A stretch of DNA of 64,000 nt from Eledone cirrhosa (taxonomy: Eukaryota): assembly GCA_964016885.1 (NCBI GenBank), contig OZ024752.1:26598001-26662000 (forward strand). Reading direction: 5' to 3'. Of the stretch, positions 1-14,151 are shown one piece after another. A model generated the notes under the pieces. It made no database searches, had not been told where the DNA came from, and saw nothing but the letters and a program-made list of their open reading frames with translations. Position 1 is the first letter of the stretch; each line of letters opens with the position of its first letter. The translations under genes and the position numbers were made by a program.

Positions 1-124
1 ATCAATATCTTTCACTATTGCATTCCTTTTTCTATGTCCATATCTGCATTGTCTTGGCCTTATTACACATATTCAAACGTTTATACCTCATTACACAATG
101 CTTCAAGTGAACTATAACCTCCTC

Positions 125-194
<70 letters not shown>

Positions 195-262
195 CAGAAT
201 GGATGAAGTAAAAACCAGTTATACCATTACTCACGAGAGAACATGATACTTGGAGTATGTAA

Positions 263-315
<53 letters not shown>

Positions 316-692
316 AAATGTTGACGTCTGAATGAATATTATTCCATTATTAATCAGCCCAATGTGATATTAGTTAAATGACAACATGAAAGTAACTACG
401 AACGTGTTTAATGTTTAGTATGATACAGCGTAATGTTCAAAGTGAACAGTAAGATAGTGTAATGTTTCTAGCAGGTAAGTGTAGTAGGATCTTTATTGCA
501 GGACAGATATAACAGCTACATATACATTTGTAATATTGATAAATTAACGCCGATTATTTCAATGTCATTACAAAGAAAGCTTCAGCATTAATGTAAATTG
601 TCGTAAGCCAAGACATGTATGTTTGTTTATTTATTACTACTTGTATATGGAATCTATAATGTAAATAATCAATAAAGAAATGTTTTCCTTAC

Positions 693-943
693 TTCCGTCA
701 TCAGTAAAATTTGTTAATTTATCATTTGTAATTTGTGGTACAACCAAATTAATAATGTCTTGAGGTTCACTAATGAAAACTTCCACTAAAAAGCCATCAA
801 TAATTCCATTATTAGACAAATGGATTGTATGTCTGTATTTATTGTCCTGTCGTGTCAGAAGTTCTTGATAAGTCAGGTTGTAAACAATATACTTCTCGGG
901 TTCAACATTAACAGATATATCGAAGACATTTGAGAAGCGGTGC
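693..943 (-). CDS. ITIH-like gene, exon 4 (end of VIT domain)
   Basis: ttccag acceptor and gtaagg donor. Translates HRFSNVFDISVNVEPEKYIVYNLTYQELLTRQDNKYRHTIHL...VEVFISEPQDI, matching the ITIH pattern F.VSVNV...LTYEELL.R...Y...I.EPQ.I. Phase 2 in, phase 1 out. Confidence 0.88.
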
Positions 944-1190
944 CTGGAACAAAAATGAAAAAATCAGTTCAAATACTTAAAACATTAATGGAAATCTATA
1001 AAACATGTACTAAATTATTTCTATAAAATAGTTGAGTATAATTTGGCAATATAAATCGTTGGAGATGAAAAATAGGATAATCGCACTTCGGACACGAACC
1101 TCACATCTGCCTATATGCCGAAATCTTGTGTTGCCATTAAACTAATCCACCTATTTTTAATACTGTTATCTTATTAACTAGAGTATAAAC

Positions 1191-1331
1191 CAGTCATGGG
1201 CTAACTGCGATATGCGAGCCGCATGCGACCCGTTCCGATTTTTTAGTAGTGATTTTGTTAGTAGTGCGGTTCACCTTATGGTGAGCCATATCCAATGTGG
1301 TCCACTTCTCGAAAAGGATTGCCCATACCTG
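1191..1331. mobile_element. hAT-type MITE
   Basis: Imperfect TIRs cagtcatgggctaa / ttgcccatacctg; 8-bp TSD gtataaac / atataaac. Confidence 0.75.
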
Positions 1332-1435
1332 ATATAAACAATGGAAAGTCCAAAATAATAATACAGGGAGTAACACTGAAACTTTAAAGTGTGGTTTGAT
1401 AGCAGAAATATATTATCACTATAAAATACTTGAGA

Positions 1436-1575
1436 GGCGGCGAATTGACAGTCGTTAGAACGTTGTGGTATTCTTTTGTGGTATTCTTTTCGACTCTTTG
1501 CTCTCTGCGTTCAAATCCCGCTAAGGTTAACTTTGCCTTGCATCCATTCGTGGTCGATAAAAAAAGTACCAGTCT
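1436..1575 (+). mobile_element. tRNA-derived SINE (degenerate copy)
   Basis: ggcggcgaattg head, B-box gttcaaatcc, core ttaactttgccttgcatcc...gtcgataaaaaaagtaccag shared with other copies in the window. Confidence 0.75.
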
Positions 1576-1907
1576 AATACTTGATTCGATTCTTCTCACT
1601 TCCTCTCTCACTATCTAACCTTCTCTGGAAGAAATTTGTTGTATTCAGACCTGGAGGAGTATGGGCTCCGCCAGGTTTTAATATGTGTTAGAAACACCGT
1701 ATGTCAACATGGCGCCCCTACAACCACTTCAGCAGTTACGCATAAATTACTTGAAAATAAATCGGTTTATCCTCGATTAATTCTCAACTATTTTATAGAG
1801 ACAATTTTTGCGTTGTGTTACTTTACTCAATGGTAAAACTTACTTTGAAATTTTAAAGACATCTGTATATGCAAGACATATCAGGTTAAAGAAAAATAAT
1901 ACATTAC

Positions 1908-2018
1908 TTGACTTCAACATAACCAGCACTTTGTCCTCTTTGAATGGCATCTTCGAATATATCTTCAGCAACCGATTTCTCTTTAACCTCTCCTACAGTC
2001 ACCTTGCCATCAATTTCC
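1908..2018 (-). CDS. ITIH-like gene, exon 3 (VIT domain)
   Basis: ttacag acceptor and gtaatg donor. EIDGKVTVGEVKEKSVAEDIFEDAIQRGQSAGYV matches ITIH IDG....G.VKEK..A...YE.A...G..AG. Phases fit both neighbouring exons. Confidence 0.9.
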
Positions 2019-2249
2019 CTGTAATTGATAATAACATTACAAATGTAATCGACGTTGAAACTTATCAATTTTCTTTTCGAATATTTTTTATTCAATAGAA
2101 TATTTTATGAAGATATGAATAGTAATATTTGCTTCACATAACTTCACCAGAATCAGAAGTCTTAAAGAATATGAAAAAGTGTATAAAATCTAAATACAAA
2201 ATTGAAGATAATTAAAAAATAACGATTCATACACAATATATTCTTATCC

Positions 2250-2418
2250 CAGACTTGTCAATCTCTAAAAACTCAAACGGGGAGTACCATGAAAAAAGGG
2301 CCTCAAAACAGGAAGAAATGAGGCAAAATGGGGAAATTTTACATAATGAAACCTATACCCATTTTCACAAGAGAAAACAGGTCTTACCCACCCCCAAAGG
2401 GGAGAGTTGACAGGTCTG
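2250..2418. mobile_element. Probable MITE
   Basis: TIRs cagacttgtcaa / ttgacaggtctg; TSD not convincing. Confidence 0.5.
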
Positions 2419-2511
2419 ACTTAAGGAATATTTTTCAGATGAACTTCGCAACATATAATTCGGTAAACTAAATTTCTCAAAGGAAAAGTAGTGAAAACAA
2501 AAGATACTTAC

Positions 2512-2669
2512 ATAGAAAAATTTGATATGAATGAATTGTGAGGCATGTTTACATATAGGTCTGCAGTGACAGCAGAATTGTACGGATTATAATATTTCAT
2601 CGATATTTGAGTGGTTGCAAATCGATATTTTATATCACTGATTATATGGAGAGATTTCAGGCTTGCTTT
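2512..2669 (-). CDS. ITIH-like gene, exon 2 (start of VIT domain)
   Basis: tttcag acceptor and gtaagt donor. KASLKSLHIISDIKYRFATTQISMKYYNP...MPHNSFISNFS(M) is the VIT signature S.I..RFA.T...LP..AFISNFSM. Not in the ORF track. Confidence 0.9.
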
Positions 2670-3259
2670 CTGAAAACATGAAATATGGTAAAACAGTTTA
2701 AAGGATCATAATTTAAGCCAAAATGTAGAAAATAACTTTCTTTGCTTCGAGATGTAAACGCATCTTCCACGGTAACATATCAACAAAAGCACACATACAT
2801 TCGAAGTTCCAGTCTGATAGAAACGTATTGAAAGATCGTTGAATAACAAACTTTGTGTACCTTCGAAATGTACATAACAGGCTGACGCAATGGAATAAAG
2901 TAATGTTGTATATGTGCTACCGTCTCTCTTCCTTTTTTAATACCCTCCCCCCTCCATATATATATATATATATATATATCGTCCACGATTTCATAGAACT
3001 TATGTTCATCGATTTCAGGGACTTGACTCCTTCTTCCTCACTTTTCGTTGCATTACCATCTTTGTTTGTTTACTGTCTCGCTCGTTCCCCCGATTTACGT
3101 GTCCCAACGACTTTGTTTAGCCGTTGCTCGCACCAACCAGAGGTATATGGTCTTTAAAGCGATGAAATACCAATGAAGGTTGGAAGATCACTGATGAAGG
3201 ACTAAATTTATTCATATGTAACCCATTTGCAACCAAGCAGCACGCCATCTTTTCATATT

Positions 3260-3323
<64 letters not shown>

Positions 3324-3329
<6 letters not shown>

Positions 3330-6025
3330 TATGAAGAGAGAAGAAACATTTAGATATAATTAGTAATAAAATGTATCATACCTAAACTGCTCCTAAATTC
3401 CTCGACTACGTAGTTTCGTGGCATAAACAAAAACAATATATTAAAGACATAGAGTCCTTGCGAGGTCTGCCGACTTATCAAGAGGATACCTCATTTTACT
3501 AGTCTCAAGAACGCGTCTACACGACGTGAGAAAGAATCCCAAAAGGCGGAGGGGGAGATAGTCACGCGATATAACGGTCGAGAAACAGAGCTAAGCCTCC
3601 TATAACCACGAAGAAAATACCACGGAGGCGGAGGGGGTATTCATATCGAGGCCGTAGAAGAGGTGGTGAAGAAGGCGAGAAGTATGAGTAATGGAAGCTT
3701 TCCAGTTGTCCCCACACTTCAAAGATTGCTCGACCAGAGGGAGTTATTAACAATATATTTAGAAACACACAGATACATGCGGACACACACATATATACAT
3801 GAATGCATCCGCACCCAACTGTGAGTTAAGGGTGCCAACTTCACCGATGTTGCTCAATGAATGACTGGGACAGACCAATTCAGTTGAACCAGACTGAACC
3901 AGTATCAGAGTTAAAAATACATTATGAAGAGAGAAGAAACATTTAGATATAATTAGTAATAAAATGTATCATACCTAAACTGCTCCTAAATTCCTCGACT
4001 ACGTAGTTTCGTGGCATAAACAAAAACAATATATTAAAGACATAGAGTCCTTGCGAGGTCTGCCGACTTATCAAGAGGATACCTCATTTTACTAGTCTCA
4101 AGAACGCGTCTACACGACGTGAGAAAGAATCCCAAAAGGCGGAGGGGGAGATAGTCACGCGATATAACGGTCGAGAAACAGAGCTAAGCCTCCTATAACC
4201 ACGAAGAAAATACCACGGAGGCGGAGGGGGTATTCATATCGAGGCCGTAGAAGAGGTGGTGAAGAAGGCGAGAAGTATGAGTAATGGAAGCTTTCCAGTT
4301 GTCCCCACACTTCAAAGATTGCTCGACCAGAGGGAGTTATTAACAATATATTTAGAAACACACAGATACATGCGGACACACACATATATACATGAATGCA
4401 TCCGCACCCAACTGTGAGTTAAGGGTGCCAACTTCACCGATGTTGCTCAATGAATGACTGGGACAGACCAATTCAGTTGAACCAGACTGAACCAGTATCA
4501 GAGTTAAAAATACATTATGAAGAGAGAAGAAACATTTAGATATAATTAGTAATAAAATGTATCATACCTAAACTGCTCCTAAATTCCTCGACTACGTAGT
4601 TTCGTGGCATAAACAAAAACAATATATTAAAGACATAGAGTCCTTGCGAGGTCTGCCGACTTATCAAGAGGATACCTCATTTTACTAGTCTCAAGAACGC
4701 GTCTACACGACGTGAGAAAGAATCCCAAAAGGCGGAGGGGGAGATAGTCACGCGATATAACGGTCGAGAAACAGAGCTAAGCCTCCTATAACCACGAAGA
4801 AAATACCACGGAGGCGGAGGGGGTATTCATATCGAGGCCGTAGAAGAGGTGGTGAAGAAGGCGAGAAGTATGAGTAATGGAAGCTTTCCAGTTGTCTCCA
4901 CACTTCAAAGATTGCTCGACCAGAGGGAGTTATTAACAATATATTTAGAAACACACAGATACATGCGGACACACACATATATACATGAATGCATCCGCAC
5001 CCAACTGTGAGTTAAGGGTGCCAACTTCACCGATGTTGCTCAATGAATGACTGGGACAGACCAATTCAGTTGAACCAGACTGAACCAGTATCAGAGTTAA
5101 AAATACATTATGAAGAGAGAAGAAACATTTAGATATAATTAGTAATAAAATGTATCATACCTAAACTGCTCCTAAATTCCTCGACTACGTAGTTTCGTGG
5201 CATAAACAAAAACAATATATTAAAGACATAGAGTCCTTGCGAGGTCTGCCGACTTATCAAGAGGATACCTCATTTTACTAGTCTCAAGAACGCGTCTACA
5301 CGACGTGAGAAAGAATCCCAAAAGGCGGAGGGGGAGATAGTCACGCGATATAACGGTCGAGAAACAGAGCTAAGCCTCCTATAACCACGAAGAAAATACC
5401 ACGGAGGCGGAGGGGGTATTCATATCGAGGCCGTAGAAGAGGTGGTGAAGAAGGCGAGAAGTATGAGTAATGGAAGCTTTCCAGTTGTCCCCACACTTCA
5501 AAGATTGCTCGACCAGAGGGAGTTATTAACAATATATTTAGAAACACACAGATACATGCGGACACACACATATATACATGAATGCATCCGCACCCAACTG
5601 TGAGTTAAGGGTGCCAACTTCACCGATGTTGCTCAATGAATGACTGGGACAGACCAATTCAGTTGAACCAGACTGAACCAGTATCAGAGTTAAAAATACA
5701 TTATGAAGAGAGAAGAAACATTTAGATATAATTAGTAATAAAATGTATCATACCTAAACTGCTCCTAAATTCCTCGACTACGTAGTTTCGTGGCATAAAC
5801 AAAAACAATATATTAAAGACATAGAGTCCTTGCGAGGTCTGCCGACTTATCAAGAGGATACCTCATTTTACTAGTCTCAAGAACGCGTCTACACGACGTG
5901 AGAAAGAATCCCAAAAGGCGGAGGGGGAGATAGTCACGCGATATAACGGTCGAGAAACAGAGCTAAGCCTCCTATAACCACGAAGAAAATACCACGGAGG
6001 CGGAGGGGGTATTCATATCGAGGCC
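3324..6025 (-). repeat. 593-bp tandem array (~4.5 copies) with one hammerhead motif per unit; retrozyme/pLTR-like
   Basis: Unit recurs at 3327, 3920, 4513, 5106 and 5699; only one substitution noticed (~4897). Abuts (AT)n on the left; followed by an inverted fragment of the unit (6026-6095) and then (AT)n. Confidence 0.95.
3399..3486 (-). ncRNA. Type I hammerhead ribozyme, U3-A8 core variant (further copies at 3992-4079, 4585-4672, 5178-5265, 5771-5858)
   Basis: Minus strand reads tcctc-TTGATAA-gtcggca[~50 nt]tgccac-GAAA-ctacgtag-TC-gagga. Helix I tcctc/gagga, stem II gt(c)ggca/tgccac, palindromic stem III, GUC cleavage triplet. Confidence 0.8.
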
Positions 6026-6115
6026 GGTTGGGTGCGGATGCATTCATGTATATATGTGTGTGTCCGCATGTATCTGTGTGTTTCTAAATATATTATATAT
6101 ATATATATATATATA

Positions 6116-6630
6116 TAAACGGAAAAAATGAAACGAAATTTCATTTCCCACTCTTAGTACGGCTATTACTTAAATATAAGTATGTACACGTACATACATA
6201 TATGTATACAGACGTACAGTAGTATGTATATATATATACATACATGCACACATATATATATGTACGTATGGATTCACCGAACATTTATTATAATGCTCGG
6301 TGTGTTTGTAAACAAACATCCCGTATTAAGCCGTAGTGTCTAGCAACCATCGATGCTCGTTTGTTCAACACTGACAAAGGAACGCTGTACTAGTTTCAAG
6401 TTTATTAGCTATCGTCAGCAACGTATACCTTCCTGCCAGATTGTTGAACGTATATACTTCCCTTATGCATATTAACGGCTGAGTAGCCCAATTTGCATAT
6501 CGAGTGGGTTAATCGGCCGGGTGCACCGAAAACGATAAACGGAAAAAATGAAACGAAATTTCATTTCCCACTCTTAGTACGGCGGTTACTTAAATATAAG
6601 TATGTACACGTACATACATATATGTATACA
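6116..6630 (-). mobile_element. 420-bp-period hammerhead-bearing repeat (1.2 copies); same family as 56709-57670 and 27730-27885
   Basis: taaacggaaaaaatgaaacg at 6116 and 6536; abuts (AT)n. Confidence 0.75.
6383..6423 (-). ncRNA. Minimal type I hammerhead ribozyme
   Basis: cgttg-CTGACGA-tagctaataaactt-GAAA-ctag-TA-cagcg. Confidence 0.75.
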
Positions 6631-6815
6631 AAAACCACAAACCATCCATCTCAATTCTACTTTTGAAAAGCAGAAGTACTGCGAAACCGGTAAAGGAAAC
6701 GAATAAATATTCTTAGAAAGACTCCAGTTGCATTTTCTATTTCATCTTTTTTACTTACATTTTCACTCGTGTAGGACATCTTCATTTTTTTTCATTTAAA
6801 CCCCCACCTCATTTT

Positions 6816-6907
<92 letters not shown>

Positions 6908-7353
6908 GTTGAACAATGAAAATAATACAAAAGTGGAAGATAAGTTCTTAATTAGTTCATAACTTTACAATAATTTCAGAGACATGATTGATCATAGTAA
7001 ATTGATACATTGACTAATATTTATTGTTTATGTCACCAACTATTTCTAGTCTCATTATCTTAGATACTCGTTGAAGTTCGATGGTACATTCAACGAATAT
7101 TCAATACTCGTTGAAATCATCGGTTCAAGTTTGCATTGAGTTCTAAAAACGTGATTGGCCCCACCATAAAAAAACAAGTGTTTATATATATATATATATA
7201 GGATAAATGATAAAGATCCCACAACTCCTTGTGGAGTTGTAGAAGCACCGTGTGTCTAGGGCACTTTTAAACCTGGCGGAGCCCAACCCTCTGGACTGGC
7301 ACTTTTTTTATCGACTTCGAAAGGATGAAAGGCAAAGTTTATCACGGCGGGAT

Positions 7354-7397
<44 letters not shown>

Positions 7398-7783
7398 GCG
7401 ATGCCCCAGCATGGTCTCAGCCGGATGGATGGAACAGGTAAAAGAGTCAAAGAGTATATTTAAAGCCTAGTAATATATCCCTCAACAATTTTAACGAGCT
7501 ATATTTATAGTTAACAACGCAAGTAGCTCACTAGACAGTCATTGACCGTAGATTTTACTACTCTCGACACAGTTTATATTTTAGACAGCTCGAGATCTAA
7601 TAACACTAACACTCAAACCAGGCGGCTAACCTGGTGAGGGCTCAGCTTCAGTTGTCGAAGACGATATAATGTAACAGTAGCTGACAGTAGCTAACATGTA
7701 TAAACAAAGACACGCACGGAGTTACAGACGCACAGAAACATAAACGAACGATTTATCCAAACAGGCATTCCTATATATATGTG

Positions 7784-7971
<188 letters not shown>

Positions 7972-8359
7972 CGTGAAAATATAGTATCTACAATGAAGAT
8001 AACTATTATAATAGTTCATTGGTTTAATAAAATCGGATAAGTTTATAGGCTTCTCTGTCTATTGCCCCTACCCTACATCTCCATGGGTAATTTATCCGAT
8101 TCTATTCAAGTAATATTTATTTATTGGTTATTGACATTTGAAATAATGTATATAATCATATCAACCCGGATTCGTTTTCTGATACGTAAACAAACAGCCA
8201 ACGTAAACACAGACACGGCCGGGGAAACAATTGTAACACATTAAATTAAGTTCAGATGCATCACTGATTTTTCGTTTTCTATTCTATCATACTCTGCTCT
8301 GTAAGAGCATAGAGTGCTCAACTGGCATACCGCCTATGGAAGCATCTTAGCTACCATCA

Positions 8360-8432
<73 letters not shown>

Positions 8433-8443
8433 GTATATATATA

Positions 8444-8633
8444 TCGCCGTATTTTGACTAACGAAATTAAAGAAATTATTTAGCCTGATAGTGGAGTTAA
8501 GAACCCTCGGAGAAATGGAAAAAGATGAGTATTGACGTGTCAATACTCATCTTTTGCCATTTCTCCGAGGGTTTTTAACCCCACTATCAGGCTAAATAAT
8601 TTCTTTAATTTCTTTAGTCAAAATACGGCGATA
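8444..8633. repeat. Fold-back inverted repeat (~93-bp arms) between microsatellites
   Basis: tcgccgtattttgacta...gagtattgac / gtcaatactc...tagtcaaaatacggcga. Confidence 0.85.
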
Positions 8634-8686
8634 GCTTACATTTCTAATAATTTCAAACCCACTCGCTGTTTCGAAAATATTCTTAC

Positions 8687-8799
<113 letters not shown>

Positions 8800-8958
8800 T
8801 ATATGTATATATTTAACAAAGAAGGTGTGGTAAGATACCAGGTGGACCATAACGCACCAGAGTAATCGAAACTTAGGGTAGTAGTGTCGGTAACAGTAAA
8901 AAAGTCAAGACCCCGACGGCTGAGCTTCGGCCGTTTCGACAGCTAGATGCAAACTCAT

Positions 8959-9030
<72 letters not shown>

Positions 9031-9037
9031 AGAGAGA

Positions 9038-9110
<73 letters not shown>

Positions 9111-9139
9111 ATATACATACACAATACTTTAATACTTAC

Positions 9140-9220
9140 AAAAGTATTTGTTTTAGCAGCAAGTGTATATTCCAGAGAACACAACAATGTTTGTAGCACC
9201 AGAATTTTTAGTGGCACCAT
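9140..9220 (-). CDS. ITIH-like gene, exon 1 (signal peptide)
   Basis: ATG-initiated MVPLKILVLQTLLCSLEYTLAAKTNTF (hydrophobic core, AxA-like cleavage site), then gtaagt donor in phase 0, matching exon 2. Confidence 0.75.
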
Positions 9221-9539
9221 CTTCGATTGGTGAAAATGTAGGCAATAAGGAAGACAAGAAGAGTGGATAAGGAAGGATAAGACGAATAATAATAATAATT
9301 TCTTATATCAAATTTCAGGAGCAACTTCGTCGATTAAGTCGTTCCAAATACCTTATTGCTGCTGATTATAATCAGTCAGTACTCGTGTTGTATTTTAGAA
9401 CAACAACAGCAGCAGTACCATGTGTGTATGTGTGAGAGGGCAATATGTTATTTACTGATATAAAATGTTGGTCATGTGTGAGGAAACCTTGAGAATATAT
9501 TTTGTATTGAGTGTAGTAAATAAGGCTATTGAAAGAAGT

Positions 9540-11350
9540 ATCACTTTCCCAGCTGCCGAAGCTGTGTCAACAGACTAATGGAACAACAACAAAATCAACA
9601 GTTAAGGAACTGAAGTATCACTTTAGCAATGCTGCGTGTATTTTGTTGCCTTAAAGGCTTTTCGTTTTACTATATAAGTAACTACTTCATGCTTTATTTC
9701 GATGTATTTATTGAAAGACCAATCCTTAAATCTGAGTTGCGGGAATTAAGATTTTTTTGCTAGGTTAGTCTTCCCTCGAGACTAGGATTTCTTCAACTAG
9801 TGTTCACTACTTCTGTATAATCTTACAGTATTTAGTGATCGTGGCAAAATCACAGAAGTCTCATGACTTTCCATCAACAAAATTCTTAAATTTCTATACA
9901 TTAACTTTTGTTTGTTTTTACACTGTCGCTGCTTTTGTTGTATTTGTTGGTGTTGTTGTGTTGCAAACCTCCAGTTGCTGTGACATTCTAGTGTTGACAT
10001 AGTTTGGCAACTTTACAATATCACAGCAAATGGAGATTCGCAACAATATTAACAAGAAAAATGACTTGCTAATAATATAATGCACGTCGGCGCACCATCT
10101 ACCGCTTCATCAAATTTATTAATCAACCTTCATTTAGTATAAGTTTTTGGCTCCCTAATTTGGTTGCAAAGATGTCTGATTACGATGTATCTGTATTGCA
10201 GTTACTTAAAGTGTATATCTACCAAGTTAATGTGTAAGGAGCAGGCATGAACAAATGGTAAAGAAGATCGCTTTGCAATCTTGAATAAGCGTGTTAGATT
10301 TCACTGTATGACACATTGGGAAAGTATCTATAAGATAAAAACAAATCTGAAATTCAATGTACCCCACATTCTGTAGAAACTTATCATAGTGATTCTATAT
10401 GTCATTCAAAATTTAAATGAGAACCCACCAAAATCAATGAGTTTCATAAATAAATTTGTTAGGCTATCTCGTGGCAAGGTTCTTGAAAATATTCATAGAA
10501 TTCAAAGATGAAGTACGGTATTTTTCTGGGAGAAACGTTTTATGCACTTTTGCAAATCGATTCTTCGAATCATAATCGATTTAATTTTATGATTCCTGAT
10601 AGATATGTTTAAAAAGGTAGCATTCTTATTCTCTCCTTTCGAGGTAAACAATATAATAACACTGTTCAAAGATATCTAGTGAGCAAACAAAATATGTATT
10701 TCCTTTGACTCAATATATTTTGATGAAAGGACTTTGTCGTCTTTGAAAGCCATTGAAATGGAATATTGAAATAGGTACGTAGTGTTGGCTCAAACTGTGA
10801 GATAACTTAACGAATTTTCTGAACTAGACAGATATCTTAACTTTTGTATGTCGATAGCTGCTACGACTTTCAAAATTCATCATGGTGAGGCTACTAGAAA
10901 ACTGATGCCTTTTGCAACGACCTAAAAACGTGAAAATTATTTTTTTGTGCTCTGAACTTGAAAATAAAGTACAGAAATCGGTCGGATCTTGAAAATAGAG
11001 TCTAAGTTATTCTGACAAAAAACCCGCATCATTTTCAAAAGTCTAAAAGGATGTTGCTTTGAATGAAATTATTTAATGTTTTAATTATTTCTATTAACTT
11101 GTGTGCGATCCTTTTATATCAGCGTGCTTGGTTTACTTTTAATGTCTCTTTACAAATGCTTGTTGGCTTGAAAATTGATCCATAATAATCCTTGTGTATA
11201 TGACAATTTATATATATTATTGCTCCCGAACTTGTAAATTAATATTTAACTAACCTTGTTATATCACCATTATCAAACGTGGCACTTTAAATAAAGTGTA
11301 GAAGTCAGTTGAACACTAAAGACGGTATTCTAGGTCATCTAACTTTAAAC
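9540..11350 (+). pseudogene. Decayed hAT (Charlie-like) transposase remnant; boundaries approximate
   Basis: Relic motifs VR(W)LSRGKVLE at ~10458 and LMPFATT....KYRNR (hAT dimerisation domain) at ~10900; many stops. Confidence 0.55.
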
Positions 11351-12282
11351 ATCCTGATGTCTATATCTCAGTACCAGTCACAAGGAAGCATTATTTTTCA
11401 CAAACCTGAAGTAGGGTTCGTTCCAATAAAATTCTCCATTTAATTAATCCATTAAAAAAGAAAGTTGTTTTCGTTTGGTGTGGTGGCTTGGCATAATCAC
11501 AAAGGCATCTGCTTTGAAACATTTAGTTTACGTATTGAGTATAACCCTCGCCGAGGTTAACTTTCCCTTCATGCTTCCTGGGAGGATGACATAAGGTAGC
11601 AGTAAAGCACTGGGCCCGACACAACTGAGTTTAGCGTCGCCATAAATTGCTGGTCTTATGCTAAAGTTAAAACTCATTAATTTTGTTATTGTGTTATCAT
11701 TATACTCTTTTACCTGATCCAGCCATGAAGTCATGTTAGGGCTAGGGCTACTTTTAATTGCTAACGTATAGAAAAGCACATTAGATAATATATTTTCAGA
11801 TGTACTGTATATGTGAACAAGTTGACATGGTCATAGCTAGAACATATTTGATAATAGACTGCTAAATCAGAGCTGACTTATGGTTAAATAAAAACAATAG
11901 TAACAATAATAACAACAACACCAACAATTCTAAATGTTAATTTCAAAACTTATTTATTGGTCAATTGGAAAACAATCATTGAGGAGTACAAATTCTTATT
12001 TGTGCAGGTTTGCGTAACAATTAATTTCATTGTGGAATATTATAGTAGAGTAAGTAGAAACAATTATAGTAGAGTAAGTCTACAATTATTTTAATCAGTA
12101 AATCGACTGTATAAGTTTTAAAAAAAAATGTAATATCGAAATATATAATCAGTGATATTACATATTTAATATATTTCTATTACAGAGAGTTATCAAATTT
12201 ATTCTAAATAATAGTGAATGTTTTTGTCTTCGGTTGTTGACACTAAATCAAAATCAAAGCTTCATTCTTATTTCTCAGATCT

Positions 12283-12406
12283 CCTAGCATCGATCCACAC
12301 TGGAACTAGCTGTCCCGAAATTGTTCTTATGAAAGATTAAATCTGAATTATTCAATTTCTCTTGTGCTAGATTTATACTACAGGGAAAGTCGGTAACATA
12401 ATAACC
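12283..12406 (-). CDS. Possible terminal exon of the upstream gene
   Basis: tttcag acceptor; phase-1 continuation of 13243-13477 gives ...GIL-RYYVTDFPC...DRC*. Confidence 0.3.
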
Positions 12407-13242
12407 TGAAACAGAAACACAAGAGAATATTAGTATGTATTATCTGGTATTAGAAATTAGAATTAATTTAACCAATATTTACTTCGATAATATTCTTTGA
12501 AGATTTATCTGAACTTAAAAAAAAGTAAAGATGTTTATATTCGTTTTAACTAAACATGATAAGACATAGGAAAAACATAAGACCGAAATAGGGAGTATCT
12601 ACAATTCAACTTTGTCTCCGCATACTTGCAAGCTCTGTCAACAATTGGTTTTAAAATAAAAGAAATATTCATTTACTGAATATATCTTGGTAAATAGTTT
12701 ATCTTCAGTTTTTAAAATTCTGAATCATTTAAAAAATGACAACGTATTTTCATGAATGCCATCTGTTTTCGAATGGACAAAGATATTTCAACGGAAAGGT
12801 GATTTCAGTAATACATAATTTTGCTTTGGCTATCGAGGAACTCATTATCTAATGAGTCCTTTCATGTTACTGAGAGTAGAGTGTGTTTCGAAGGAGAGTT
12901 GATTGCTGTGTCTGGTACGTTGAACAATCATATATAGTATTCATCGTTAGCTTGTGCAGCAAGAATGAAGACAGAAGTGGTCAGCATGTGAATATTCCGA
13001 AGGTCATTAAATATTTGTATATTGCTCCATTCAATCGACTATAAGTTGAATTTATATTAATAATTAACAATGGCGCTTTATAACATACTTAATATAGTGT
13101 TAATTCTATTAACACACATCTGTTGTTTTAAGTTCCTAAGCAACAAAACTTTTACTATTTTTTTTCAGTTGCTATACTAGCACAATACAAGGTATTAAAA
13201 AAAAAACTTTTTGGTGTTAGAAAATGTATAATAATTACTTAC

Positions 13243-13477
13243 GCAAGATTCCTTTAGGTTGAGGAAACTGAGTCAATATGTCAAAGTTCAATGAAAGGTA
13301 TGTTTCCGAATTCGACTTTGTGTAAGTGGATACTGTCATCGTAAATGAAGGGTCCAAGCTAATTCTTTCCGGTTTAGTGACATTAGCAGTTGTATATACA
13401 CCAGTTACTGAATGACCTTTCTTTATAATAACTCTATTAAGATACTCTAAACAGTTACTGTCTGATATTTTTTCCAT
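13243..13477 (-). CDS. Probable exon of the upstream gene (weak ITIH C-terminal-like)
   Basis: ggccag acceptor, gtaagt donor, open frame ending YLSLNFDILTQFPQPKGIL, reminiscent of ITIH-C ..LGFY.....S..HGLLG. Confidence 0.45.
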
Positions 13478-14077
13478 CTGGCCATAAATATATATTTCTG
13501 TGGAATTAATAAATATTAATAAAAAATCTTAAAGATATTAATACATATATTTCTGTCAATTAATAGATGTGTACATTTATAATAAATATGTATTTCAATC
13601 AAATAATAGTAAAAAAACAACAACAAAAAACAAAAAAAAAAATCAACCATCATACCAAGATAAAATAAAAAATTCATAGAATTGAATTAGGAGTGGTGAA
13701 AATATTCGGTATGTTGAAAATATTGTTTGAAAGTGTGAACAGATGAAATGTTTTTATAGTTGGAGTAGTCATTTTTAGAGCTGGAAATTATAATATTTTT
13801 TTTGTTAGATATTGTGGAAAGGAATGTTTCTATGACCTTCGTATTTCCTCTAACTCTGGTGACATTGGTGCCACTAATGCGCCGCTTTGACGTCTGCAGA
13901 AAAGATCATGAACAGAAGGAATTTCAAATGGATTGAAAATCTAAAAGTTCCTCTTCGGGGGCAAGGTATTTTGTGGAAACATACCAGTTTCTCCGCTCTA
14001 CACCACCCATGTTGTGTGAAAGGGAAAGGCCAAACAGCTTGGCACCATTGACATCGCAACTATATAAATATTATATA

Positions 14078-14151
<74 letters not shown>

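Noticed and set aside
3562-5571. Four identical 76-aa ORFs in the 593-bp array
   Set aside because: No recognisable domain; identity simply reflects the DNA repeat.
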